From contig CDMY01000386.1 in the NCBI GenBank assembly GCA_001179505.1, positions 1 to 64,000 of the forward strand: 64,000 bases of DNA. Reading direction: 5' to 3'. The first letter of the stretch is position 1; every line of letters starts with the position of its first letter. The translations under genes were made by a program, and so were the position numbers. Below the pieces are notes generated by a model, which ran no database searches, had not been told where the DNA came from, and saw only the letters and a program-made list of their open reading frames with translations. Shown one piece after another: positions 39,596-49,307 of the stretch. This DNA is from Vitrella brassicaformis CCMP3155. Its lineage: Eukaryota; Protista; Chromerida.

Positions 39596-40290
39596 TGTGG
39601 CGGGTTGTTTCTGTGTCATGCGGGTCGTAAGCTGTGGATTGTGATGAGCGATGCTGCGTCGACAGGCAATAGAGATCTTCATGCCGCCTGCATGCAGACC
39701 ACATGTTCCCCCAGTGCCAATCGTGTATCCCCAAGGCCAACCCAATGCCATTCTGTTTGAGCGAACGCGGCTGGTGCATGCATGAGGCGTTGAGATGAAT
39801 AGCGGTCAGCAGGACTGGTTGATGTACCATCCAACGCACTCGTGTACGCTACATAAGCAAGTCCACCCGACACACAACCGGCCTAAACCGGCCACGAGTG
39901 GGGCGGTCGTGGACGGGCTGCTTTCCATTGCAAGAGTGAACAGATTCCAGCGTCCGTCGCTTGCTGACCCTCACACAGCCAGTATGCCGTCCGGGATCAT
40001 CGGTGAAGTTGACAAGGCCCCCACCTTTCGCCCCCCGTCTCTCGCGTTTTCGAGAAGTCCTTTTTCCCTCCTTGCTGCCCCGTTTTGGACCGGCTGTATC
40101 CAAGTATATCGGTCTACCGGCTGAAATCGGCTGCAATCGAGGTGAAACACCCGTCGGACTCCTCGCTCTGTCAGGCGGCCTTATTCTCACGTTTCCCTCT
40201 CGAGCCAACCGGCGAATCATCGCGTTTCGGCGTCAGGAGCATCCTCCATCGGCGGTTGGACCCGTCGGCAATGGCAACTCACCGTCTCAC

Positions 40291-42271
40291 ATGAGGCAAG
40301 TGCAGAATCAGTCTGCTGATATGCTGCCGCCACCGAAGGCCCAGCCCGGCTTCCCCGGGCCGCTTCCCGCCTCTTCTGTCGATACGACGCTGCATGGGGG
40401 CCAGCAGATGTCCGCCGCGGCGCTTTTCGGTCCGGGACCGGCCGGCAAGGCGGCGCAGGTTAGCGATAAAGTGGAAGAGATGGTGGAGGAAGAGGTGCCT
40501 GGCGAATCGGACGAGACGACTGCGGGGAGCGAGGAGGGAGGTGAGCCAGCCCGTTAAGGCAGCAATATTGACATGGTGGATGAGAAGTTGGTGTGGCGGG
40601 GCTTGGGTGTGTGTGTGGTGTCGTTTTGCAATGCAGGTTATGCTGTGTTTGTTGATTCCAAGGATAAGTACCTGGCCGACTCGCCGCACTTCTTTCAGAA
40701 GAAGTTCGCGGACGGCAAGAACTACTGGGGCGTTGTCGCGTGGAAGGTCAGACTCCTCAGAAAGAGAGCACACCAAAAGTTGGAGAGAGAAGAAGGCAAT
40801 TTTTCCTTTTGGTGGGCTGTGTATACGTTGTGTGCAGGAGCCGCGTTCGTGGAAGGGGAAGGAGCAGTTGATGTACCAGGTCATCTATGCCGATGGCGAT
40901 GCAGAGCACATGGACAAGAGCGAACTCAAGTATGCAAATGCAATGCACACAATACAGCCGTCGCACCAAATGCATCTTCGTCCATTCTTCCCGTAGGCGT
41001 TGTTCGGAGGGCCGCTCCCGCTCGGGTGCCCGTCGCCGCGCCCCGTCCATGCCGCCCTCCCTGGCCAGCGTGTTCAAGGAGATCCGCGAGGCGGCCATCC
41101 AACTCAAGAAGGATGGCATCACAGGTGCGTCACAATACATGCACTCCTCCGATCGCCATTCCGTCTGTTTGTTGTCTGCTGTATGCATGTGCTCAGAGGA
41201 GGATCTCCTGCCGCTGAGGGAAGCCACGGCCGAGATCGAGATGAAGCGCAGACGCACACAGGCGTTCATGCCTGCCAGGCAGCACACCACCCGCAGCGCC
41301 GCCCGGCAGGGAGGGAGCCGCAAGAGGGGGCCCTCCGGCACACCCAAGAAGCAGCCCCGGACCAACAACACAGCCAAGCGGCAGAAACCCCCGCCCATTC
41401 CATCCGATCGCCGCGCACAGAACCGCCGCAGGGCAACCGATGCGGCCTCTGTGCCTCCCCGGTCAGACAGGGGGCGGGCGAGGGCGGCTGGTCGGAGGCG
41501 GCAGTGGGAGAAGGAGCTGCCGATGTCGTGTGACGATGTGTGTGTCGACGCGTGTGTGGATGGCGGCGGGGGGCAGGGGGACGGCGGCCTGAGCGTTGAG
41601 GTGGGCGTGTGTGGTGGTCGCGATGATACGTGTGGCAATGGGGGTGACTCCGAGAAGGACGGCCCTGGGGTGGTGGCTGTCGATCTGGAGGACCATTCTC
41701 AGGATCAGACGCCCGCCAGCAAAGCCGATGTGCTCGTAGCGAAGGGTGCACCCGTGCTGCAGGTGGGGTGGATACACATGGAATATACACACGGACAGAG
41801 AGACACCCACCACAGCTATTTGTGCATGTGGTTGGTGCAGGCCGGTGCGGGTTTGTCGATGCGGGCGGTGAATGCGTTTGTGGAGTACCACGGCGGCCAC
41901 CCCTTCAGCCAGTCCTTCTGGACGGTCGACGCGCTCATCGGCATGGCACAGCGGAGCGACCACCACAGGGTGAGCTCGTGGGGGTGACCACATACACACC
42001 ATGGACGCATCCATCCATCCATCCGTCCATGTGTGCGTGTGTGTGTGTACGTCTGTGTGCACTGCAGACACGTGAGATGATCGCTCAGCCCTGGTGCCCA
42101 CCGGAGAGGCGCGACTGGATTGTGTCCCGCCTGTTTGAGGTGCTGCTCGAGCACGACCGCATGATAAACACCCCCACCCACACCAACGACGCAGACACCG
42201 ACCACACATCCCCATGTAAAAAGAGGGATCCCAAAGCGGAGCCCTACATCGAGATGGAAGTCGACACGTGA
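40291..42271 (+). CDS. Hypothetical protein with a Tudor-like (PTM/DIR17-type) module and basic low-complexity region
   Basis: Spliced exons give FQKKFADGKNYWGVVAWK|EPRSWKGKEQLMYQVIYADGDAEHMDKSELK, resembling the 'KF..G.V....Y.V.YEDGD.E' Tudor-like pattern. The start codon is uncertain. Confidence 0.55.
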
Positions 42272-42779
42272 TTAGTTCACCAAGTACATATACATCGACG
42301 CGTCGCGTGCATGGACGGCTGCTTAATGGGACTGACGCAGGGCGGGAGTGGGGGTGAGGGAGGGGTGGGCATGCTTTGCTTTGCTTTTCGTGCCGCGCCA
42401 CAACGTACGTCACATTGATGGCCACAGGACACATGACTGACTACTTTGCCAACGTTCACTGATTGATGGATATAACACTGAATTGTCTCTCTCATGGCAT
42501 ACATCAACCCACGGGAGACGCCAAACCCAGAAACCGACTCACTGTCACACACACACCCCGTGGGTCATACACGCACACTCACACACGCCCTGCAGCCGCT
42601 GGAGTACCAACTTGACTTGAAACGAAAAACGCAGGGTAAGGATTTCTCTGTGCTTTTCTTGTTATGCTCGAGTCGCAGCTTGACCAGGAGACATGAAGGT
42701 CTCCCCAGGTCAAGAACCACACCACCTAGCAGACATACAGTACACTGACTGCACTTGATAGATCTGCTGTGTGCATGAC

Positions 42780-42867
42780 ACAGGGGCAGAAGGTTCGCTG
42801 TCCATCGGGCTGGGCCGCTTCCGGTAAGGGATTGCACAGCCAGCAGCCGTCACTCGCGGCCCCCTGT
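42780..42867 (-). promoter_or_regulatory. SECIS element (distal copy), form II, GUGA type
   Basis: Minus strand: GTGAC GGCTG ct GGCTGT gc AA TCC cttacc GGA a GCGGCC CAGCC CGAT, closed by helix I (ACAGGGG/CCCCTGT). Core UGAC at 42852-42849, AA at 42833-42832, CGAU at 42807-42804. Confidence 0.8.
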
Positions 42868-43181
42868 CGCCCGGTCACACACATCAGCCAAGATCGCATG
42901 ATCGTGCTTGTGGGGCTAGTGGTCCAATCAGCACATGTACGAAGCGAGTGACCGGTTGACGAAAAAGAAAAGGAGGAGAAGGGCAGCAAGGAACACCCCC
43001 CCACACCCACATATATGGAAGAGGAGCATACAAACCACGTACATGCCCTCACACCCACATGCAGACCAGCCAAGAGGGGAAGCAACGATATATACGGTGC
43101 AGATGCCTACGTATACGCGACAAATCCATCCACCTCCATCCACACACACGCAATGGACGGATGGGCTGTGTGGTGTGAGAG

Positions 43182-43268
43182 AGACAGGCAGCTCGCTATC
43201 ACTTCAGGCTGGGCCGCTCCCGCCAAGGGATTGCGCAGCCGTCAGCCGTCACTCGCGGCCCCCTGTCT
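43182..43268 (-). promoter_or_regulatory. SECIS element (proximal copy), form II, GUGA type
   Basis: Minus strand: GTGAC GGCTG ac GGCTGC gc AA TCCC ttggc GGGA GCGGCC CAGCC TGAA, with helix I AGACAGG/CCTGTCT. It lies ~230 nt after the stop codon of the UGA-containing gene. Confidence 0.85.
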
Positions 43269-43499
43269 ACGCTCACACGCACATATGGCAGCAGACATCA
43301 CATAGCATGTTGTCTATGTGAGTGAGTGGATGGGGTGTTGGGAGGTCGAGGTCAGATACAGAGATGCAGCAACGACGCAGCGAATGTATACCTTCCCACT
43401 GGCCTAAACTCATTCATTAGAAACGTACAAAAGCACACATGGCCCACCGTGTGCGGCCAGCAGCAGCTATGGCCTGTCTATATGAGTCGGTCTGCCTGT

Positions 43500-45344
43500 C
43501 TATGCGGTGATGACATTGTTCCGTAGGAAGGCATTGATATCCATCGACTCGTACAGAACGCCGCCGTCGGGCAGACCCAAAGCAGGCACCTGACTCACAC
43601 ACACACACACACGCACGCACCGGCGTTGCACATGTGAGTGTAACAGCACAGCACCTCCCACCTGTGTGAGTCCGCCCCTCTGTTTGAGTTGGTCCTTCTG
43701 CGACGGGTCGGCCTTGACGTCCACCAGCGGCAGCATCCCCTGCAGCCCCAAAGCACTCAGCTGGTCCAGCACATGGACGCAGAAGGGACACTGGGGCATG
43801 TAGAAGAGGCAGTAGCCCTCCTTCGACAGATCCTGCACACACGCAGCCAGCCAACCAACACACACACACAGACACACACACACAATCATCTCTTTCACTG
43901 TGTCGGTTCTGTGTGTGTCATCCCACTGCCCACCGTGGCGTTGACGTGCTTCATGTTTTCGACAAGCGGTGCGGGCGGCGCGTCCTTGCGAGAGGCCTTG
44001 ACCTCGCTGATGTAGTCGCGGCCCGTCTGCTTGCCCATCCACTGCAGCACGGCGTCAAACGAGTAGTCGAATGGACCAGGCCCACCTGCACCAACGACGT
44101 ACACACCGCACACACACCCATTCCCCCTTCATAAGTGTGTTTGTTTCCTCGATCTCTGGCCGACCGATGAATGCCAAAGTGCCATCGGGTTTGAGGACCA
44201 TGAGGCGGTCGAGCCAGGCGGCGTAGGCCACGCAGGCCTCGTCGTCCGAGCCGTCGATGAGCAGCTCGCCAGTGACGCCCTTGCCGGCGAAGAAGTCCAC
44301 CGCCAGCTTGGTCCGCTCGGCGAGGCTCGTGGTCTTCTTGACCCTCAGATTCCCATACACCGCCCACTCATCAGTCGGGTGGGCCTCCTGTGGCCACACA
44401 CACAGACATGGAGAGATGGCCGCAGCCGTCACCCACAACCTCTGCTGGTGTGTGGTGTGTGGTGTTGGTTACCCTCATGTAGATGGTGACGAACTTGGCG
44501 TCGTCCTTGAACAGCTGTTGGGCGACCATCAGGTCGTCCATAACAGCCGCAAACTGACATGCCAATCAATCAAGACACACACACAGGGGGAGAGAGGCAT
44601 GGATGGAGCCACTCTCAAGCAAACCGAGGAGGCGGATCGATCTCCTCTCTCTCGTGGCACTTACCGGGGGTCAGCTGCAGCTGCCGAAGTTGAGCACCAG
44701 GAACTTGGTGGCGTCGAGGAAGTCGTAGATGTGACGCTTCTCACCCTCAGTCGTGTACACCACACAATTGGGCGCCTTGCGGCCCTCTCTCAGGGTCCAG
44801 CGGCCACGCCTCCACACACAACACACCCAAACAGTGTCCGTCTCTCTCCCTCTCTCTCTCTCTCTCTCTGTGCCCACCTGTGAAGGCGCACATAGATCCA
44901 GATGCGGTGGTAGAAGGCGGGATTGGTCAGAGTGTGCCACATGGTCTCGCTGAGGTCATGTCGCAGCGGGTTGGGCTTCTCGGCGCCCAGCTCTCCGACG
45001 CCTTGTCGGTTGGTCATCGGGCCGGGCAGCCCGGTGACCTTGACGCCCAGCGCTCGCGAAGTGGGAGCATCCGGCTTTGTCGAAGCAGGAGCCTCCTTCC
45101 AGCCGAGCAGTCCCTTGATGAAACCCATAACGCACTTGAGAATGTAGCCCTGACAGCAGACAGACAAGGCACACACACCAACAAGCATGCATCTCATCCT
45201 CCCAATGGATGCTGCTGATCAGCTCAGAGACGTCGCCGACGGACTGACCTGTGTCAAGAAGCCGACCATAAAGGCAAACCTGATGACGTCCAATGGCAGG
45301 TACGCCACCTCCCACAGCTGCTCTGACACCGACGACGCCCTCAT
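43500..45344 (-). CDS. DIO: Iodothyronine deiodinase-like selenoprotein fused to a C-terminal glutaredoxin domain (409 aa, Sec at residue 169)
   Basis: Exons 45344-45249, 45149-44878, 44809-44665, 44553-44473, 44387-44165, 44085-43934, 43832-43662, 43589-43500 (1230 nt, all GT-AG, phase-consistent). Hydrophobic N-terminus; EGRKAPNCVV; KFLVLNFGSCS-U-PPF; TIYMREAHPTDEW; AYAAWLDRL; FIGGPGPFDY; then LFYMPQCPFCVHV...QVPAL...LYESMDI. Confidence 0.92.
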
Positions 45345-45567
45345 TTTGTGTGAAGGAAGATCAGCACAGCAGTCGACGGCCTTCATTCATGCAGACCGCC
45401 GACCACCAGATCCAGGCGCTTGCCGACGCCTCTCCGATCCCGCTGGCTACCGAAAGAATGGATGAATTGAAAGTCCTCCTTCTCTTGGAGCTAAGCTCGC
45501 AAGCGCCCAAGTTCGCAGCCCGCTCTGCACACAACTCATTGATTTTCGACGGAAAGGCCAGCTCGCG

Positions 45568-46763
45568 ATGATAGCGGCGATTGACGTGCTGTCAGCTCAC
45601 ACGCTGCGGATCGGTGCCATTCTCGAACTGACCGGCGTGATCTTCCTCCACTCGCTGTTTCTCACGGGATGCACCTCGCCTCTCTTCGATGTGTATGCGG
45701 CGTCCATGACGGGCCAGCCAGTCGATGACTACGAGGAGAAAATGAAGGCCGCCATTGCAGCGGTTCGCCATTGGAGCCTGCCTTCCCTCTATGGGCAGGT
45801 GCCGTGGATGACGGGCGCCCTGTTCATTCTCGGCTTCCAGGTGAGCATTCCACTGCAAACAGAGCGGAGGTGAGCTGTGTGTGTGTGTGTGTGTGTGCGT
45901 GTCGCGTCAACAGGTGAAGCTCACTGCAGACCCCTGGCTGTCCTCTCGGCATCGTCTGTTTCGGCTGGGAATCGGAGTGCTGCAGATCGGTGCCTTCCTG
46001 GACGTCACCTGGAACCTCGTCAACCTGGCAGAGTGGTGAGCTTGCAGACGAGCAGAGCCCCTCGATCGAGGGTGGCACGTGTCCTGTGTTCGTGTGTCTG
46101 TGTGTGTGTGCAGGGTGATTGCCGTCAACTATGTGAAGGCCTCCGATGCAACCATTACTGCACTCATAGAGGGAGGGTTCTTCTGGTGGCCCGAGATGCT
46201 CTATGTGTCCTTCCTCTCGCTGGCGGTGCTGGTGAGTAAGGGAGAGGGGGAGAGGGGGGGACGGACAGCTCATGGTGCAGTGCAGTGCACACCACAGCGC
46301 TGTTTGTCTGGTGTGTGCGTATGTTGTTGTGCGTGTAGCTGTATGGCGTGTCGTTCATGCTGCTGGATGTGCACCATCCGGAGGGCGGCAGCACCTGCCT
46401 GGCCTGGACCCTCCTCGTCTCGTGGACACTCACAGGCACCACCGGTACACACACACACCACACAAGACGCATGGTCGATTGTGCCTGTCTGTCTGTCTGC
46501 CTGACATCCACGGGATGTGTGTCCATTCAGCCTTTCTCCGTCTGCTGGTGCCGCCCTCCCTGGCGGCGCTGAGCGTTGTCGTGGCCATCGACACAGCCTG
46601 GCCTCTCTTTCTCATTTTATCTCTCGTCCTCACTGTCGTCTGGTCTTTCCTATTCGAGCCGGCCGTCAACAGAGGTATATACGCTGAGGCTGGTGGTGCT
46701 GATGACTATGGGCCAGAGCATACCCCCCCAAGGCACTGCTGGGCCGCCATACGCCGCATATGA
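45568..46763 (+). CDS. Multi-pass membrane protein of unknown family (about 5 exons), head-to-head with the deiodinase gene
   Basis: Several hydrophobic segments across spliced exons (IGAILELTGVIFLHSLFL, VPWMTGALFILGFQ, MLYVSFLSLAVL, AWPLFLILSLVLTVVWSFLF); stop at 46763. Confidence 0.7.
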
Positions 46764-47331
46764 CATTGGCCCGGCGTATAAGTGAAGGAGGAGAGCAGCG
46801 GGACAGAGGATAGGGGGTGTGTCGTAGCGCCAAAGGACTTACTTGACGTGTGGGTGTCCATTTAGCCATGTGGCTGTGTGTGTTTGTGTGTGTGTGCGCC
46901 GATCGGATAAGTTGTGTCGACAAGTTGGATGCGATCGCGATGAGGGCAGGTTTCGGCGCGTGAATTCAGTTGTGTTGGTGTGCTGGTGTTTTATCTGTGC
47001 GGCGGGTCAATATCTGCTTAGTTACAGAGAGTCTCGTCTTTCAGAAGACAAGACCCATCGCCATTGACTCGACCATCACTACATGGCCAATTGTCGTGTG
47101 TCCGCAAGTGTGCTGTCCTTTGCACGTACACACAAGAAGGGAAGAAACTCACATCCAATGGAATGACCCACCTCGATCGAGGCAGCCAGAGCAGCAACCC
47201 GTCCCTGACTACTACATGTCGCACACGACATATTACAGCCCCTGCTAGCGACTCACTCACACAGGGCATACAATGACATCCGCGGCGAAATGACCAGATA
47301 AAAAACTCTTACAGACCAGACACACACACCC

Positions 47332-48380
47332 TCAGTCAGCTGGGTAGTCCAACAGTGAGCTGACAGGATCCTCCCCACCACCGTATCGCAGCAGGAACTG
47401 CTTCAGCCAAGCCATGGTGACGGGAAAACGCTCGTCGAGAGTCCGGCCAGCAGCCACAGGCACCTCAGTGGTTTCCACCTGCAGAACTCTGCCGCCGTTG
47501 ACGTAAACTTCGCCGTCGACGAAGTTGACTACTAGCAAGACAGGTCCACCGAGCCCCTCGAGCAGGAAGACCATCCCCCTGCGGGGATCTGCTTTCGACC
47601 GATATTTGGCCGAAGTCAAACCGTACCTCGAACGTAGCGAGTATGTCCGCCTTGGTCAGCCACATTGCGCTTCGCCGCCTACCTCCTGCTCATTGTTTTA
47701 AGCTCCTCGTCGCTGAATGGGGGCTTGGTGAGGCACACCTCGCCGCTGCCGTAGTGGAGCACCCCCTGCCGGAGTACCTGCGGTGCTTGGACGTTGGGCG
47801 TCGACCCGTGAGTCGACCTGTGAGAGGAGAGAGGAGAGAGGGGCAGTGGCTGAGCTTAGTGAGGGCGCCACGCATACCAGTGGTTGATGAAAGACTGCTC
47901 AGCCATGACTGACACGACAGCCCTCAGCTGACATGAAACGTGCGTGACAATGACGAGAGCACACCCGCACAGCGGAAAAGACGGATGGTGTAATGGCCAT
48001 GGATGTCATCTCGCTATTGACTGCAGCTGCTGCACGGTCTACACACATGTGTCAACACAAAGGCATGTATACAGGCAGACAGATGAGGCAACACACATGA
48101 TTCACGTACCTTCTCGTATGTCTTCTTCTGCCCCTTGCACCATCCCCTGGGGCAGCTCCTGCCGAAGCTCATGGAGCCAGCCCACCAGACACCCCTCGCA
48201 GTACTCATGCCCACACTTGGTGCATCGGCTCTGACAGATGGGGCAGTCGCTGTCGCCCTCTCCCTCCCCCTCACCATCCCCGCCGCTCTCTGCTGCCTTG
48301 CCCTCTCGCCGCAGCAGTGCGCCCGGCAGCACATCACTGATCGGGCAATGGCACCTCTTTCTGTGGCAATGGCCTGATGT
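47332..48380 (-). CDS. Possible RING-like zinc-finger hypothetical protein (may be degenerate)
   Basis: CPICQSRCTKCGHEYCEGCLVGW near 48230-48170; downstream exon-like segments end ...SSLLDYPAD*. Exon phases were not fully reconciled. Confidence 0.35.
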
Positions 48381-48513
48381 GATGTGAAGGAAAGGGAAAA
48401 CAAAGTAACAGTGCTCTGTGTGATGGGCTAGAAGTGTGCAGTGTCACTTACTTTTGAGTGTCTCTGTCGAAGTCTTTGGCGCCTAGAGGGATGAGCTCAG
48501 TTCTCCAAGGTTT

Positions 48514-48564
48514 CGTCTGACAGACGTCAACGGGTTCTGCCCACCCGTTGACGTCTGTCAGACG
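48514..48564. repeat. Perfect 22-bp inverted repeat with 7-nt loop
   Basis: CGTCTGACAGACGTCAACGGGT-TCTGCCC-ACCCGTTGACGTCTGTCAGACG. Confidence 0.95.
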
Positions 48565-48627
48565 GTGCAGGAGAAACAGAATGGCGCCGACATCGCGAGT
48601 GATTGTGACAGGCATCTATACGGCACC

Positions 48628-48663
<36 letters not shown>

Positions 48664-49307
48664 TGGAGAGAGAGAGCGGCTCCTGTTGTATGCCGTGTGT
48701 GCCGCTGTATCTGTGAGTATGTCATTTCGCCTGCCTGTCATTCGACCAGCGCACCCGTACCGTTCCTTCACAATGTGAACATCTGCATCGCCGTAGTTGC
48801 AGCAGCCTGCACACAGCCACGTGCGAGGAGATGAATCCTACACACTCACATGAGGGTCTGGATGCGTGTGGCTTGTGGCCTCTTACGTCGTAGTATGCAC
48901 AGTGACTGGATGTGCGCCGGGGATGTTGCCCATGTCATGGCGTTTGCCTTGGCGCCAGCAGCCACAAAGAGGCTGTGGTCCATCCTGTTGCCGTTCTTCC
49001 CCTCGTATCGGCGGTCAGTGCCTCCTTGTCCTTGGTGAGGGCCTCCTTCTGCAGCTCAACGTGTTGACGCTGCCGTCGGGCATAATTACGAGCGCCAGCA
49101 AATGCCGGAAAGATGGCTCACAAACGATGCTGCAGCGGTGAGAGGGGAAGGGAGGGCAGATGAGATGCGAGAGAAGGCAGCGAAAGAAAAACCCTAAAAA
49201 AGACGGGGGCAGAGTCTTGGGGCGCGAATTCTCGACCGGCCAAAGTGTGACCTTTCCCCGTTCCACATTCTCCCGCACCGAATTCGGTGGTAACAGCTGT
49301 CGGCATT

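Noticed and set aside
42494-42748. Short plus-strand exon-like segment (PLEYQLDLKRKTQG)
   Set aside because: It could not be linked in phase to a start or to the upstream gene; unsupported.
44355-44375. CTGATGAG hammerhead/C-box-like motif on the minus strand
   Set aside because: It lies inside the conserved EAHPTDEW coding motif and no matching GAAA core or stems were found.
44671-44940. ORF-track peptide ending ...NFGSCS at a stop
   Set aside because: Not a true C-terminus: the TGA aligns with the deiodinase Sec codon and the frame continues via a GTAAGT donor 6 nt later.
48750-49100. Possible minus-strand upstream exons of the RING-like gene (MGNIPG...)
   Set aside because: Splice phases could not be reconciled with the RING-containing frame.
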